From Octopus vulgaris (lineage: Eukaryota), in the NCBI GenBank assembly GCA_951406725.2, contig OX597816.1, positions 67,828,001 to 67,892,000 on the forward strand: DNA of 64,000 nt, given 5' to 3'. The translations under genes and the position numbers were made by a program. The notes beneath the pieces were generated by a model, which was not told the origin of the DNA, searched no databases, and saw only the letters and a program-made list of their open reading frames with translations. Below are positions 13,401 through 27,210 of the stretch, one piece after another (position 1 is the first letter of the stretch; each line of letters starts with the position of its first letter).

Positions 13401-15783
13401 ATCTTATAGTATGGGTTAATGTATAAGCTATCATATGCATACATAACAGCACAAATGTGAAAAATAATCTCCTACTGCCTTGTAGGGTAATTTATTGAGC
13501 ATTTTAAAAAACACTGAGGGAGGGATCTTAAAGCAGATATATATGGCTATTCTTAACCAATATCTATCATCCCTTGCAGCTCCATGGATGCTGTTAATGT
13601 ATTGACTTGTTTTTGCTTGGCAACAGGAGTGGAGAGGAGATAAGTGTACTTGGAGCGAGGTACAAGCTTTTGGAAACAGCCAAGGTAGCAGAGGTGGTTA
13701 AGCCACTGTCTCTGCAATAATATCAACCAACAAAGAAAAAGGCCAACAAAGGTGTGGAACAACTGAAGTAGAAATATACACCATAAGAAGAAGAAAATAA
13801 TAGAAATAACTTACTAGACTGAGACGTAATTGTAATGCTTCGTTGAGATTCTGTCGAATTTTAGTTTCATCAGGGCTTCGATCCTGGAAGAAAATTTTGA
13901 ATATTGAAATAAATTACATAAAAAGAAAACTATTTCATCTTACATTGAAACTGGTGTCTGCAAAAGTAGAACCCATCATCATTTGAATACCCACTTTTCC
14001 ATGCCCACTGTCCAATACCCACTGTCCAACTCATATGAGTTGGACAGAATTTGTTGCAGTGGATTTTCTACGACTGGATGCCTTACCTGTCACCAACCCT
14101 TTACCAGTTTCCAAGCAAAGTAACATTTCCCCATGCCCAAATATATTTTCACAGAAGATTGAAAAGGAAGGATACCATTTGCATAATAGTGACAATTATT
14201 TTACAACTATCACATGATTTTTTTCCCCAGTTTCTGTCTACCAATTCCATTCACAAGGTTTTGGTTGTTCTGAGGCCATAGCAAAAGACACTTGCTCAGG
14301 GTACGTACCATGCAGTGGGTTGAATCCAGAGCAATGTGGTTGGAAGCAAGCTTCTTATCATACAGTCAAGCCCACACCTAATTACAAATATGAATGATGA
14401 TGGTTCATCAACAGATTTTTTTTTTACAAGAGGTAAGAATTGGAAAACTACCAGTAGTACAATACATATGACACAATTTTTAAACCGCTAAGAAATGGTA
14501 TATAATTGATTTACAGATGGAGTTCTAATTTACAGCAGAAATGTTAAAAGATTAAAAAATATATACTGACCTAAATAATAATGCAAAAGAGGTGTTCATT
14601 ATAAAACAACTAAACTATAGTTGGTTTTATACATGTAATGGAAACACATATATGCAAAGCTGTTGCTGATACTTTTTAAACCTAAAATAGCCCTGATTAA
14701 ACTGACTTATGATCAAAGACATTCCAGATCACAAAAGAGTTCCAGCTCAGACAAACACCTAATCAAATGAATTCCAACACTGACCATCGGGTCTTAAGAC
14801 CCTCATGGTTATATATATAAAATGTCTATACTGATATTACTTTTTCAGTCATTTATTACCTTCAGGTGTCTTATTCCTGGATATATACATAAGCACAGAT
14901 TGCATTCAAACCAAGAATATTTGTCTTTAAACTAAGAGTAGTAATGATTTTATCAATTAAATCACACATGGAAGCACAGTTTAGAAAAACTGCTTCCTGG
15001 TTCAAATCCAATCTGATACCAAGTAATATGTAGAATTAAGAAAGCTGATAAGAATCAATGGAAACACATGGCTTAGTGGTTAGCATTTTGGACTCCTAAT
15101 TATAAGACTGTGGTTTTGATTTTTGGAATGGGTGGTGCAATGTGTTCTTAACCAAAACACTTCATTTCATGTTGCTCCAGTCCAGTCACCTGGCAAAAAT
15201 GAGTATTCCAGTGAAGGACTGGTGTCCCATCCAGGAGAAAATATATATATGCCGGTGGCACGTAAAAAGCATCCACTACACTCTCAGAGCGGTTGGCATT
15301 AGGAAGGGCATCAAGCTGTAGAAACTCTGCCAGATCAAGATTGGAGCCTGGTGCAGCCATCTGGTTCGCCAGCCCTCAGTCAAAATCGTCCAACCCATGC
15401 TAGCATGGAAAGCGGATGTTAAACGATGATGATGAGAAACTGGAAAACCAGCCCTATGAATCTCTATAACTTGGGAGGAAGGAGAAATAAGGATTGGGAA
15501 TTAAACTTAACAAAATGTAAAGCAGATACAGACACTGCAAATCAACAAATTATAACCATAATAATGTATCAATCTTAGAAAAAGTGAGATTATAAAACAG
15601 AAAATACATACCAATACTTCTTTCACATTGCTGATAAATTTTTCCAGTTGAAAATGGAGTGAGGATAAGAGACATTCACGTTGCTCATCCTGGCCTTTCA
15701 GACATGTAAGGATCAGGGAGAGAAATGGTTGATGACCAAGCAAGGATTTACTGTTGAAAAGGGGAAAATAGAAAATTGATTCA

Positions 15784-15822
<39 letters not shown>

Positions 15823-18800
15823 TAATTGGTAGGCAACCCTATTAACCGAACAGCAATACTCGTTAATGAAGCCAACATAAAGTCATTTATTTTTTAAGTG
15901 TGTGTGTGTATGGTGAATTCTTAAATATACACCAGATGTGATGCAGATTGTATGGTAAAAATATTTTAAAGTTTAATATTGTGTGTATGTGCATCTATCT
16001 ATCTATCTATCTATCTATATAAGGAGAGTTTACGAAAAAATCAAAAGACAAAGACAGGTGGTGTACAAAACAAACAGATGTATTAGTACAATGCTCAGGA
16101 ATAGAAAAGTCTTTTATGTTTCGAGCCTACGCTCTTCTACAGAAAGGGACACAGAAAAAACAAGGAGAGAAAAAAATGTGTGTAGTGGCTAACGATCTAT
16201 CATATATATATATATACACAGCATTTAATGGCATAAAAGACACTGACACATTAGACAAACCAAGTACATATTCAGGAAAAAGTTTTTAGTGCATTAAAGC
16301 ATGTAATGTTTAGCTGGAGGCCCAACTTCACATATAGAAGCTGGTGTGAATTTTATGAGACACATTTTTGAGAAAAACGTGCATCTCATATGCCACCAAA
16401 TATGGTGTGTGTGTGTGTGTATATATATACATACACACATGCACACACACACAGACAGACAAACAGAAGACAGATTTTATGGTGAAAATGTTATAAAAAG
16501 GATATAAATAAATTTCTAAGCACAAAGCAGAACATAAAGACTTTAAAATAAACTTACTTTCTTTGGTTTTTCTCTTTGTCATATTTTGTCTTCGATAGAA
16601 AGTTACTACTGCTTTCAAGAACTTGGCCAGCCAGCTTAAGTAAGCGCCCTTGGACAGTCGATGGCAATTTCGATATAAGTGGTGCAACAAGCCAGACACT
16701 ATCTTTCTCAGACTCAGGCCTATAAAGTAAAAATAACATGTTACAATATTTGTTGCCTATTTTTTTTGTTTTGTAGTATGTGTTGAGAGTGCAAGTAGCT
16801 GACTGGGTTGGATACGAGACAACAGGCTGGAAAGTTTAATAATTTATATCATATCACATCTATATCAAGACAAAATTTTACCTTTAGTGTAACACGAACA
16901 ACACAAACTAACATGATATTTATATACAAAATCTTCAGGAGTTCCAAAATTAGTAAGAGAAGGGACAGAGCTTATGGCTAGGGCAGGCTCCACAAATTAG
17001 TGCAGTGAGATCCATATGATTCATGGTCAATTTGAACTTCTGTAAGTTAATGCATGTAGAAAAAATATGGGTAGGGTAGATTTTCCAGAGTGATGTAGGA
17101 GGGAGAGAGAGAGTGAGTGAGTGACAGAGAAGGAGTAATTTGTAGTATAATGCTAGAGAGTAGGCACAGGAGTGGCTTACCAACCACATGGTTCTGGGTT
17201 CAGTCCCACTGTGTGGCACCTTGGGCAAGTATCTTCTACTATAGCTTCGGGCTGACGAAAGCCTTGTGAGTGGATTTGGTAGACGAAAATTGAAACACAG
17301 ACACACAAATATATACACACACACCAGTTTCCGTCTACAAAATCCACTCACAAGGTGCCACACAGTGGGACTGAACCCGGAACCATGTGGTTGGTAAGCA
17401 AGCTAGTTACCACACAGCCACTCCTACGCCTATGTTAAAGTTATAAAGTTTATTTATAAATTGATCAATTGTTATAAAACGGGGCGGCGGGGGGGGGGGA
17501 CACACAGGAAAGGCAGATTCATAGGTAAAGGGAACGTACTTGGCATTTTGTAGCTGCTGCTGCTGTTGTTGTGTCGGTAGTTGTTGCCGTGGAGAATTTG
17601 GATTGGAGAGAAACTCAGTTTGTTGATGAAACAAATCTAATGTGCCCTTAGCAATACAATCCAGGATAGCATTAGTTTCCTAGCAATGGAAAGTAAATAA
17701 TAATGAAAAAAAAAAAAAAAAAGGCATTGGAGGTACGATGCATATCCTGCTCGCACACAGGGATAAAATAGATTTTAAATTAATAAATATATTCTCAGAT
17801 GAATTCACATTTCAATAAAATTACATCAAGAGTTATTTCCCCTGCTTATCGTTTAGTCGTATGTAACAATGTAACAAAGAAAAAACATTTTCATTCACAC
17901 GTCCGCCAGGTCTGCAGATAGTCAAACCAAAATTTAACGAGTTCGAGCCACCCACCCATTGAGTATTTCTCCCTAATTTGGTGAAAATCCGTCCAGCCGT
18001 TTTCCAGTAATTTTGCAAATGCAGACAAACAGACAAAGGCGAGCGACTGCAATAACCCTGCTTCACTTATGCGCACAGGGTTAATGAATAATACATACAG
18101 AAACTAGCACAAGGAAACAATCATATTAACTAGGGTATTTCATCATCCTCATCATCGTTTAACGTCCGCTTTCCATGCTAGCATTAGTTGGACGATTTGA
18201 CTGAGGACTGGCGAACCAGATGGCTGCACTAGGCTCCAATCAGTGAATTAAGCTTTGTCTTTTCCACACCAAGTATTTCATCATCATCGTTTAACGTCCG
18301 TTTTCCATACTAGCGTGGGTTGGACGGTTCAACAGGGGTCTGGGAAGCCAGGAGGCTGCACCAGGCTTCAGTCTGATCTGACAGTGTTTCTACAGCTGGA
18401 TGCTCTTCCTAACGCCTTTTTATGTGCCAGGGAAAGCTGGCAACGGCCACGATCGGTTGGTGGTTTTATGTGCCACTGGCACGGAAGCCTGTCAAGGTGG
18501 CGTTGGCATTGACCACGTACGGATGGTGCTTTTTACGTGCCACGGGCACAGGTGACAGGGGAGACTGGTAACGGCCATGATCGGTTGGTGGTTTTTACAT
18601 GCCACCTTTTGGAGGTGTCTTCAGCTCTGGTGCTGAGTGGTTTTTTTTTCATGGCCTTTTGTTCTTTGGTTTCTTCGATGCAGTGTTTATGAATGTTATT
18701 GGGTGAGTGACCACCCTGCCAATTTGTTCCAATCCATTACATACTGAATTCAATCCCCAACAGGGTTAACATTATCCTTGTCCCTCAGGGGTAGATAAAA

Positions 18801-21800
18801 TAAAGCACCACACAAATACTGAGGTCACTGCAACTGACTGACCTTCTCTCCTCCAAACAACTTGTAACTTGTAATGACAATACCATCTTTTATTCAGACA
18901 CAGTCTATCAAGGGCTATATTATTCAATGTATTCTTCCTTTTTGAAATGGTAGGGTGTGATTTGTGGGAGATGCAGTTGCTATTTCTAGTAGCTCAATTA
19001 CGAATGAGGAGGTATGCAAACTGTGTTGCCACTGAGCCAGGTAGATATAACTCTTCTCGCTCTAATTTTCCTGACTGAATGACCTCCACTTCCTTTATTT
19101 AACTGTAAATCATCTCTCTATATATAAGCGTCAAAATGTCTGTCTGTGTGTGCATCCTTTATACAAATAATTTTTCAGTTAGAGGGCTCGCACTTTCTAT
19201 GGTCATTCAAAGCCGTCCAAGGGTGGTCATGCACATCTTTACATTTCCCCAGTCATCCTGCAAAGCCATTAAAAAAATTAATAGAAGTGACATTTTTGTG
19301 AATTTTCTATCTAAAACCCAATCAAAATGCCCGAAACTTGATACGCTAATTGAATGCCAGCTAGCTGTATGTGATTGGTCGGAGATTTGGACAGTACTTG
19401 CGTGTATGTGCGCACGCACGCAGCTGTATATGCATGCACTAGCACTATGACCCGGTGTTGCCAGGTCATAGTGCTAGTCATACTTATTTTGCATACATTT
19501 TTCCATGTGTATGCATGGATTGAAGGGGAAGGGGAGAGTCTTCTTCAGTAGAGCATCTCACTGCTTATTGTGGTCCTTTGTCATCTTCGAAAGGTATCCT
19601 TGATATCAGCTTTCAACACTTTTAAAAAAAATCAAAAATATAAAATATAAAAGGGAGTTTAAAAAATGTAAACAGAAGAGAGGAAGCAGATACTTACAGC
19701 ATGGGAACCTGATTGCTTGAACATGAGTTGTAATTCAAGCCAGGAGACACGTAATGACCACTGGTCAAGAGTCTGAAACAAAAGCAGAATTTATAACCAC
19801 AAAAAGAAAAAAATAAAGAAAAAAAAAACACATTCCAGTAAAACTACAACAATTTCAATGATGAGGTTTAATGAGGCAGAAATATGTTCAGAGTTGTCAC
19901 TGCACTTCTAAAAACCAGACTCCTTTCTTTCTGCATTTTATTATAATTAAATTAAATTTCTGTTATCTTGCCCTCACCCTGTTACCTTTTTTTAAAAATT
20001 ACAGTTCTGAACAGGTTTCTGCAAAAGTTAGTCATTTAGATAATTTGTTGTCAGCATTAAGATTGGTTGTTGATTCATTCATTTAATGTTTCTTTTTTTT
20101 TTATGCTGACATGGGTTGGATGAAAACTTATTCAGACAATATTTTACAGTTGGATTCCCTTTCTGTTGCCAACATCCACTAGTACCAGTGAATAAGTAGA
20201 GGCAACATAGGACAGGGAGAATTCTGTAGTCTTGCTAGGTAGGGGAAAAAAATCTCTCTAATGACTGAATCATGATAAAATGCGCCTAGAACACTCAGTA
20301 AAGCTGGTGATAGGAAGGGCACCCAGCCATAGAATGGCGAAAACACAACATACAAGCAGAACATGGTCCTCAACTGTTTTAAGAAGCAGTAACTTCAAAT
20401 ATGATTTGACCTGGATCATAATGACCCAGCCAATCCATGCCAGCATGAAACAGGGAATATAAAACGATGATCAATGTCTATCAGTAGACGATATACATAT
20501 CAGTGACAAAAATGACTAACTACAGAATGGTGTTCAGTTTTCTCATATTTCTTTGTCAGTCTTGCAACTAAAACTTCAGTGAAACATCAATTGGCCCTTA
20601 CAAAGCTTTAATCAATAACATAAGCCATATGATAGCATCATCATTTAGCATCCGTATTGCATACTTGCATGGGTTGGATGGTTTGACAGGATCCAACAGG
20701 TCAGGTGGACTATGTTCAGCTCCAATGTCTGTCTTGAAATGGTTTCTATGGCTGGCTGCCCTTCGTAACATCAACCACTTTAAGAGTGTAGTGAGTGCTT
20801 TTTTATGTCATAAATAAATTAGTGTATTGTATGGATCAAGATGGTAGAACACGATTTGCTAGTTCAGAGGTGTTGAGGTTGTTGTGGTAATAGAAAAAAA
20901 AAACAGAAGTTACCGCACCTCTGAAGGTCAGTGGTTCAAACGTGTTGCAACGTATGAGTCAAATACCTTTCTTTTCAATAAAGTCTAGGATATTTGTGTC
21001 AGTTGCAGAAACAACACTATCTCAGATGTAGGAGTAATACTCCAAATTAAGTCTTACTTGACTTGGTAAAGGGTCAGCATGCGATCTGAGTTCAAGTATT
21101 TTCTAGCTCCAAAAGAAGAAACCGAGTGTTCGGGAGTTTCGTGAAGATAACATGCATCATCATCATCATCATTGTTTAACGTCTGTTTTCCATGCCAGCA
21201 TGGGTTGGACGGTTCGACCGGGGTCTGGGAAGCCAGGAGGCTGCACCAGGCTCCAGTCTGATCTGGCAGAGTTTCTACAGCTGGATGCCCTTCCTAACGC
21301 CAACCACTCCGTAAGTGTAGTGGATGCTTTTTACGCGCCACTGGCACAGGTGCCAGGGTAGGCTGGCAACAGCCACGATCGGTTGGTGCTTTTTACATGT
21401 CACCGGCAGAATTTAATTTCATTGGAGTAATTAGTTTTGTTGTTGTTGTTGTAGCTACTTTAGTCTGTGTCTTTTGTGTTATTGACACCAAATGGGAAAG
21501 ACAGAAATTATATAATTGTGTTATGGCTGTATCAAATAATTGTATCAAATAGGCTGCTGCAGTGTTTAGGTGTCAATAGTTGTTAAGGGAGGCTATTGGA
21601 GTGGAATATATAACTTTAACAACATACTGACCTGTAAAATTCGATTGATGACCTGCTTATTATCTGGTTCAGTTCCTTCAGCTTGGTTTGGTATACCATT
21701 TGGGTAACAAATCATTTGAAGCAATTGGAGGGCCTACAATAAAGAATTAAACAAATACCACATAAACTCCAGTAATTAAGGCATCACTAACAGAGAGACT

Positions 21801-24697
21801 GTCACAGCTAAACAGATACAATGCCACAGCTATATTGACACAATGTTACAGCTGTATTGATACACATATTGTCAAAGCTATACTGACATACATGTCACGG
21901 ATGTACTGACACACAAATGTCACAGTTGTATGTATGCACTTGCTGTTGTACTTGTGCTGACACATATTTTACAGCTGTAACACAGGAGACTGCATGAAGC
22001 AGGAAGGAGACACCGTCAATCCCGAGGCTGTTGTTTGGGGTCTCTTTCAGCGCCCTCAGTATCACAGGATGTCTATCTCGTACCGATCTTGTCAGCCACA
22101 TCTCATCAGAAGAAATGTGCTAGAGGCAGAGGAGAATGAATGTCTTAGATTGATAGTCATTATTTTTGCTGTGCCATCATAAGCACTGGTATGCAACATC
22201 ACAGCTGTACTGACATGCATAAAGTCACAACTGTATAAACACAGAGAATGTCATACCTGCATAGGGCCTACTGTACTCACATAGAATCTCCCAGTTGCAC
22301 AAGAGAGGAAGGGTCACCACTGTACCAATTTCTTTACTACCCACAAGGGGCTAAACACAGAGAGGACAAATAAGGACAGACAAACGGATTAAGTCGATTA
22401 TATCGACCCCAGTGTGTAACTGGTACTTATTTAATCAACCTCGAAAGGATGAAAGGCAAAGTTGACCTCGGCGATATTTCAATTCAGAACGTAGCAGCAG
22501 ACGAAATACCGCTCAGTATTTCGCCTGGCTTGCTAACGTCTCTGTACCGACACATAAAATACCACAGCTATACAAGGTGGGATGCATTATCACTGTTCTG
22601 ATACACACTACATCACAGCTGTACTGGTGGAATGGGTCACGTCTCTAAGCAGGGCTATGTATCTTATATCTTTATCTTTGTCCCTGTATTGTGCTCTGCC
22701 ATTGACTCAGCTAACAACTTTTCAGCTTACTTAGGTTTAACCCTTTAGTGTTTAAACCGGCCATATCAGACCAAAATTGTCTTCCTGTTTTATTCTCAAA
22801 CCAGCCAGCCAGCTCTGACCTCTCACACCTACCCTACAAAGTCATTCTAAAAATAAACAGGGACATCATCAACATCCCAGAGTTACAAGATGCTGTACAA
22901 TTAATTTAAAATAATGTAATTAAACAGGCTTTACATTTGACAGTAATCTGAATGCTAAAGGGTTAAGTTAGGGACCTGAGTGAAATGGTTCATCAATGTA
23001 ATCAGCAGGACAACTGTAAAACCAGTATTTCATTAGATGAGAGTGCTGAGTTTGTGTCCCCTAATAGCCTTGAGTCATGATAGAAGTACTGACAAAATGT
23101 TTCCAAAGAGCCATAGATGAAACAAAACATATTTTGCTCTTCATTCATTTCGGCTTACATCCATTGTACCATGCTTGCCTGGGTTAGACACTGTTTTACA
23201 ACTGGATGCCCTTTTTGTTGCTAACCTTCAAGTAAGGGAACTTTTAGTTCATACATCTACAAAGGGATTGATGTGAGCAGAAAATTCTTAACAAAAAACA
23301 TGAGAACAACACTTCTTGTAGCAACTGTCATAGAGAGCAAATACAGAAAACACACAAACAAACATACATACATGGACACACACACACACGAGGCTTCTTT
23401 CAGTTTTCAGTCATAAGACTTTGGTTAACTGTAGTAAAAAAAAAACATTTCCCCAAAATGCTGCCAGATGGCACTGACCTCAAAACCATGTGGTTGAGAA
23501 GTAAACATCTTAACTACCATGTGTGTGCGCGTGCGTGTGTGTGTGTATGTGCATGCACACACACAAGTGTATGCATGTGTCAATGTGTGGAAAAACTATG
23601 TTTATGCATCCTGTTGCAAAGAAGCATCCTTTCAACCAAAAATATAGGAGACTGATCAAGAAAAATAAGTGGCAATCTATAAGTATGGTGAATTGATATT
23701 ATTGACTGAATCCCTTGAAGATGATACCCCAACAAGGCAATGGTCCGAAGATGAAAACCAATAGATCTTTATCATCATCATTATTGTTTAATGTCCGCTT
23801 TCCATGCTAGCATGGGTTGGACAATTTGAGTGAGGACTGGCGAGCCAGATGGCCACACCAGGCTCCAATCTTGATTTGGCAGAGTTTCTACAGCTGGATG
23901 CCCTTCCTAACGCCAACCACTTCAAGAGTGTAGTGGGTGCTTTTATATGCCACCGGCACGAGGGCCAGTCAGGCCACGCTGAAGTGGTGTTTTTTACGTG
24001 CCACCTGCACAGGAGCCAGGTCCAGCAGCACTGGCAATGACCTCACTTGAATGTTTTTCACATGCCACCAACACAAGTGCCAGTAAGGCGACACTGGTAA
24101 CGATCACGTTTGAATGATGCTTTTTACGTGCTACGGGCACAGAAGCCAGTCAGCTGCTCTGGCAGCAATCACACTCAGATGGTGCTCTTAGTGCTCCACT
24201 GGCACGGGTGCCAGTCATAGAATTTGTGAATTTGATTTCGATTTCACTTGCCTCAACAGGTCTTCGCATGCAGAGTTTAGCGTCCAATGTAGGAAAGGTA
24301 TGCATAAGGGGGGCTGGTTACACCCCAGGCATAGGCCACGGGTTATGGTCCCACTTGGCTTGCCAGGTCTTCTCACGCACTTAATAGTAAAACTAGATTT
24401 ATTGGAAGAAACAACTCAAAAACAGAGACTTACTTGTTTATTTGAAAGTTCTGGATCCATCAGCCGATCTTCACTGAACAAAGCCTGTGGATCTTTAAGG
24501 ATTTTCTCTCGGACCCATTTCTGACAGCACATTTCTTTCAGTGAATGTTTCGCAAAGTCACTGAGTCCGGCACTTTCAATTCTCTTATTTGATTCTGATG
24601 ACCCTCTGTATCAATGAGAAACAAACAGTACTTATATGTATGCTTGCAGGAATATTCATCTGTAACAACTAATGACTGCTTTAAATAAGGAATAAAT

Positions 24698-24747
<50 letters not shown>

Positions 24748-25267
24748 AATATTTATACACCAGTGCTGGTGGTACGTAAAAGAACCATCCGAATGTGGCC
24801 GTATGTATATATATATATATCTCATCATCATCATTTAACATCCGCTTTCCATGCTAGCATGGGTTGGACGATTTGATTGAAGACTGGTGAACCAGATGGC
24901 TGTGCCAGGCTCCAATCTGATCTGGCAGAGTTTCTACAGCTGGATACCCTTCCTAACACCAACCACTCCGAGAGTATAGTGGGTGCTTTTATGTGCCACC
25001 AACATGAGGTCCAGTGAGGCGGTACTGGCAATGGCCAGTCAAATGGTGTTTTTTTACATGCCACCTGCATAGGAGCCAGTCCAGTGGCAACAACCTTGCT
25101 CAAATATTTTTTCACATGCCACTGGCAAAAGTGCCAGTAAGGCAACGCTGGTAACAATCATGCTTGAATCGTGCTTTTTACACGCCACTGGCACAGAAGC
25201 CAGTCAGCTGCTCTGGCAACGGTCACGCTTGGATGGTGCTCTTAGCACTCCACTAGCACTGATGACA

Positions 25268-25298
<31 letters not shown>

Positions 25299-25678
25299 GT
25301 ACAAAGTAAGATAGGGGTTATGATTATTAATATTTTTAAAGTTAATTATAACCTCTGACAAGGCCTATGGTTCTTTTAACATATAAGTATTATATTTTTT
25401 AAATGCCTACAACCTTAGTATGTTGACATCTAGAGGCAATGAAAATTAGATTCACTTTTGACATTAGTTTGAAACAGCTGTAAGAAGTAATTTTTAGTAT
25501 TTCATTAATTTATAATGACTTTTAAAATCTATATTTGTATTATTCTCTTATCTATTGATTTATATAATATTTCAGTATGCTTTTGATGTTCTCATTTGTA
25601 AATTGAATGAATAATCCAACATTTTAATATCCGTAAGTTGATGAACAAACCAAATTTGTTTCTCCATTTTCTTATTTG

Positions 25679-25713
<35 letters not shown>

Positions 25714-26365
25714 CATATTAAATATATACATGTGTGATTGTGCATATGTATATATGTATGTGTGTGCATAGGTGCATGTAAAATGAAGACCTGCATATGC
25801 TGTCATTGTTGAAAAGTATTACTTAAAAATATTATTTTAGAACATTGCTTGAACAGCAATACACTTTCATGACTGTGATTGTATGGAGTTTATGAGATTT
25901 ACAATATCATGAAAACTAGAGATGTAATCAAAAGTATTAGCTTGAAGCAGCCATTTTTGCACAAAGGTTTTTAAATGAAAAGACATAAGGGTAAGCATTT
26001 CCTTCAATCTTTTATTCCATATTTCAAAAACTATTTAGACAGTGAGTATTCAAAAGAAAACCAGGTCTGCTTTATCAGCTGATGATCAGAAACAAGCAAC
26101 TTTTGGTACTGGAAGTTGAGCATTTCAGTTATAATGTATTAAAGGATACTCCGCATTTGTATTGAGTCCTGTAATTTATTATTTCTAGTTACTCAACAGA
26201 GATTTATATATATTTATATATATATATAAATTAGAAAAAGAACACCTTTTATCAATTCAAAATGAACAATTAAATTACACCATCTAGAAAATTATTATAT
26301 GTAATTTTCTAGATGGTGTAATTTAACTGTTCATTTTGAATTGATAAAAAGTGTTTTTTTTCTAA

Positions 26366-26407
<42 letters not shown>

Positions 26408-27179
26408 TTTGTGAAATTTGATTTAGTATTTCTAAATTGAATTTTTCCCTGTAAGTTAGGAATAATATTCACTCAAATAATTATTATATATATATATATG
26501 CTAGCATGGAAAGCAGACGCTAAACGATGATGATGATGATATATCCATCTGCGTATCAAACTTAATGCAAGTACATTGTGAAAAGACAAATTAACTGCAG
26601 TATTTATTTAGGATCCATAGATGGCTGTTTTAAACTAAAGCTAATTCTGTTGCACATCAGAGATTTTTATTCAACCAAATGGCTAATTGTAACACTAGCC
26701 CTTTTAGTCACCTCTCAGACCATGAAGGGATCAGTGTACCTATTCTAAAGTCAGAATATAATCTTTGATGGCATAAAAGACACTTTTTCTCTCAAAACAA
26801 ATATCACAGAAAAATCACTCTAGGTCCTATTTGAGCAACTGGATTTGTATTACATGCTTTAATGCACTAAAACCATTTCTCATGAACATGGCTAATCTAC
26901 AATACTCCGTAAGGAGCATTGGGACATTTTCTTGATTTTCCTGGTGTATATATTCATTCCTGGACTGGACACTGGTCTGTTGCAGCAATACTCATTTTTA
27001 CCAGTTGAATGAACAACAAAGAAAATGAAGTGTTTCGCTCAAGAACACATGTCGCTTGGTGCAGGAATCAAAACCGCAATCTTATAATCATGTGTCCAAA
27101 ACCCTAACCCGCCAACCCTCCACTTTTCTTGAATGTGCACTGTGAAAATTGGGGTACATCTAATATGCCTGTGTCTTTT

Positions 27180-27210
<31 letters not shown>

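Noticed and set aside
26079-26095. CTGATGA-tca-GAAAC hammerhead-like core
   Set aside because: Only 3 nt between the core halves, so no stem II can form, and there is no paired cleavage site
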